Source: Hydrolagus affinis (lineage: Eukaryota). From it: a stretch of DNA of 64,000 nt. Under the pieces are notes generated by a model. It was not told where the DNA came from. It saw only the letters and a list, made by a program, of their open reading frames with translations, and searched no databases. The position numbers were made by a program, and so were the translations under genes. Positions 62,590-64,000 of the stretch are shown one piece after another; positions within the stretch are counted from its first letter, which is position 1; the number at the start of each line of letters is the position of its first letter. Where the stretch lies: positions 1-64,000 of the forward strand of contig JAAILG010001389.1 in assembly GCA_012026655.1 (NCBI GenBank), written 5' to 3'.

Positions 62590-63624
62590 ATGTTGACTTC
62601 AACAACACAGCTCAGCAGTGGGAGGTGATAACTTCATCTTAAGGGGCAGCAAGTAACTGTTTTATTAAAGTTTTAGTCTTACACTAGTTCATCTGCTGAA
62701 GGCTGTGCGATACCTTGGGATCTGTTAGAGAATAGTTGATCTTGACTGGTTAACAATTTACAAATAGCGTTGGTTACCTTGGAAGTAGATTTAATTTGAA
62801 AACCGCATAGTTGTTCTTGAGTTGTTTGCACAACCACTTGTCTCAAAGTGTGATTTGCCTACAAATATCTCAAATCTCCTCTGGAATACACCTTTGGTCA
62901 ACTAGACTGCAGTTTTGCTGTGATCGAAAAAGGCTAATTTTGCTTGTGTGTGGTGTGCTCGTGGGTGGGTGGGCAGAGTGGGGGAGGAATGATGCTTTCT
63001 TGGCTATTGATATAAGACATCCTCCCGATGCTATCGATATGTAATTTTGTTGTTGTTAATGAAATATATATACATGTGTGTATGACTGACTTAGTATCCA
63101 ACAGGGAAGTGATGTTTCACCCCATTTCAACTCTCAATGTGTACACAGATTTATTAAAGCTCATCCCACTGATGCCTCCCACTCCTGCTGAAATAATATC
63201 CATTCCCCTTAAACAAGCAGCATCGTGCAATGCTGTTTAATATTTTAGAACATGTGATAAATATGCAGGTACATCGTATGTTACAAGCCAACACACTCCA
63301 GAGCTCAGAGACTATATAAACCATTCGAGTCACTGTGTTGCTCCTTGTATCCACCAGACCACTTTATGTGACACTGTCTTGTTGCACACGTCTAGTCATT
63401 TAATATTCCATATATTATTTATGCGTGGCTAATCTCCAGCAGCAAATAAAAAACTTGCCCTTGCCGTTGTGTATTAAAATGTTCCCAAAGCTTTTATCAT
63501 GAGCGCATATGAACTGAGGCAGTGTATTGTTCAGCCAGGGTTCCTGCCCCAATATTTTCAGTGAACTTCCAGCTTTCCAATATATGTTGTGTATATATAC
63601 TATATAAATATATAACATAAAAAA

Positions 63625-63987
63625 AGTCCTGTAGCTTATTAGTTATAGCACTCGCCTTCACAATGAGAGGAGCTGGGTTCGATTCCTGAGCTCGGCAAAA
63701 CCGGAGGCACGTTTCTTGCTCCACACACCTCGGTTTACCTAGCAGAAGGAACCCAGTTGTTCGTCGATTGGCAGATCACTTTGCAAGGGTATCAACCCCT
63801 TCAAAAAAATTATAATTTGGTCATTCATTCCGTGACTGTTTCTAAGACACTATTGTGTCCAATTGGCTGGATGCCCACAAAATACACAGTCACTAAACTT
63901 TACAACATATTTGTGAATTGCTTTGAGACTTCTTAACCATAAGTGATAAGGCGCTATATCAAATGCAAGGATTATTTGTATTATTAT
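63625..63987 (+). mobile_element. tRNA-derived SINE, long subfamily
   Basis: GTCCTGTAGCTTATTAGTTATAGCACTCGCC...GGGTTCGATTCC; central CCTCGGTTTACCTAGCAG...GTCGATTGGCAGATC; tail. Confidence 0.88.
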
Positions 63988-64000
63988 ACAATATACGTAA

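Noticed and set aside
62209-62642. Repetitive HMG/PIW/PYG peptide ORFs
   Set aside because: These are translations of the CCCATATGGG subterminal repeats, open in several frames on both strands.
1-64000. Prokaryotic-type systems (operons, CRISPR arrays, defence or retron systems)
   Set aside because: No gene-dense ORFs and no regularly spaced repeat-spacer array; the dispersed repeats are vertebrate SINEs and LINEs.

Overview
This is eukaryotic, vertebrate non-coding DNA, not prokaryotic. The repeat content points to a cartilaginous fish, probably a chimaera such as Callorhinchus; that assignment is an inference from repeat families. The window looks like a large intron or gene desert. I found no credible host protein-coding exon, and the ORF track consists of chance ORFs or retroelement remnants. 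Main contents: about 35 copies or fragments of one tRNA-derived SINE whose tail matches L2; older SacSINE1/DeuSINE-like SINEs; 5'-truncated L2 and CR1 LINE remnants; three Penelope-type fragments carrying minimal hammerhead-ribozyme motifs; and four non-autonomous DNA transposons. The DNA transposons are a 1.32-kb CACTA/EnSpm-like element with CCCATATGGG subterminal arrays, a 318-bp hAT MITE nested in a SINE, and two Tigger-like MITEs. Also present are a 69-nt near-perfect hairpin, a G-rich 22-bp minisatellite, several repeat-free AT-rich islands that may be conserved non-coding elements, and two assembly gaps. I found no evidence of a novel multi-gene system. Boundaries of degenerate repeats are approximate (about +/-20 bp).
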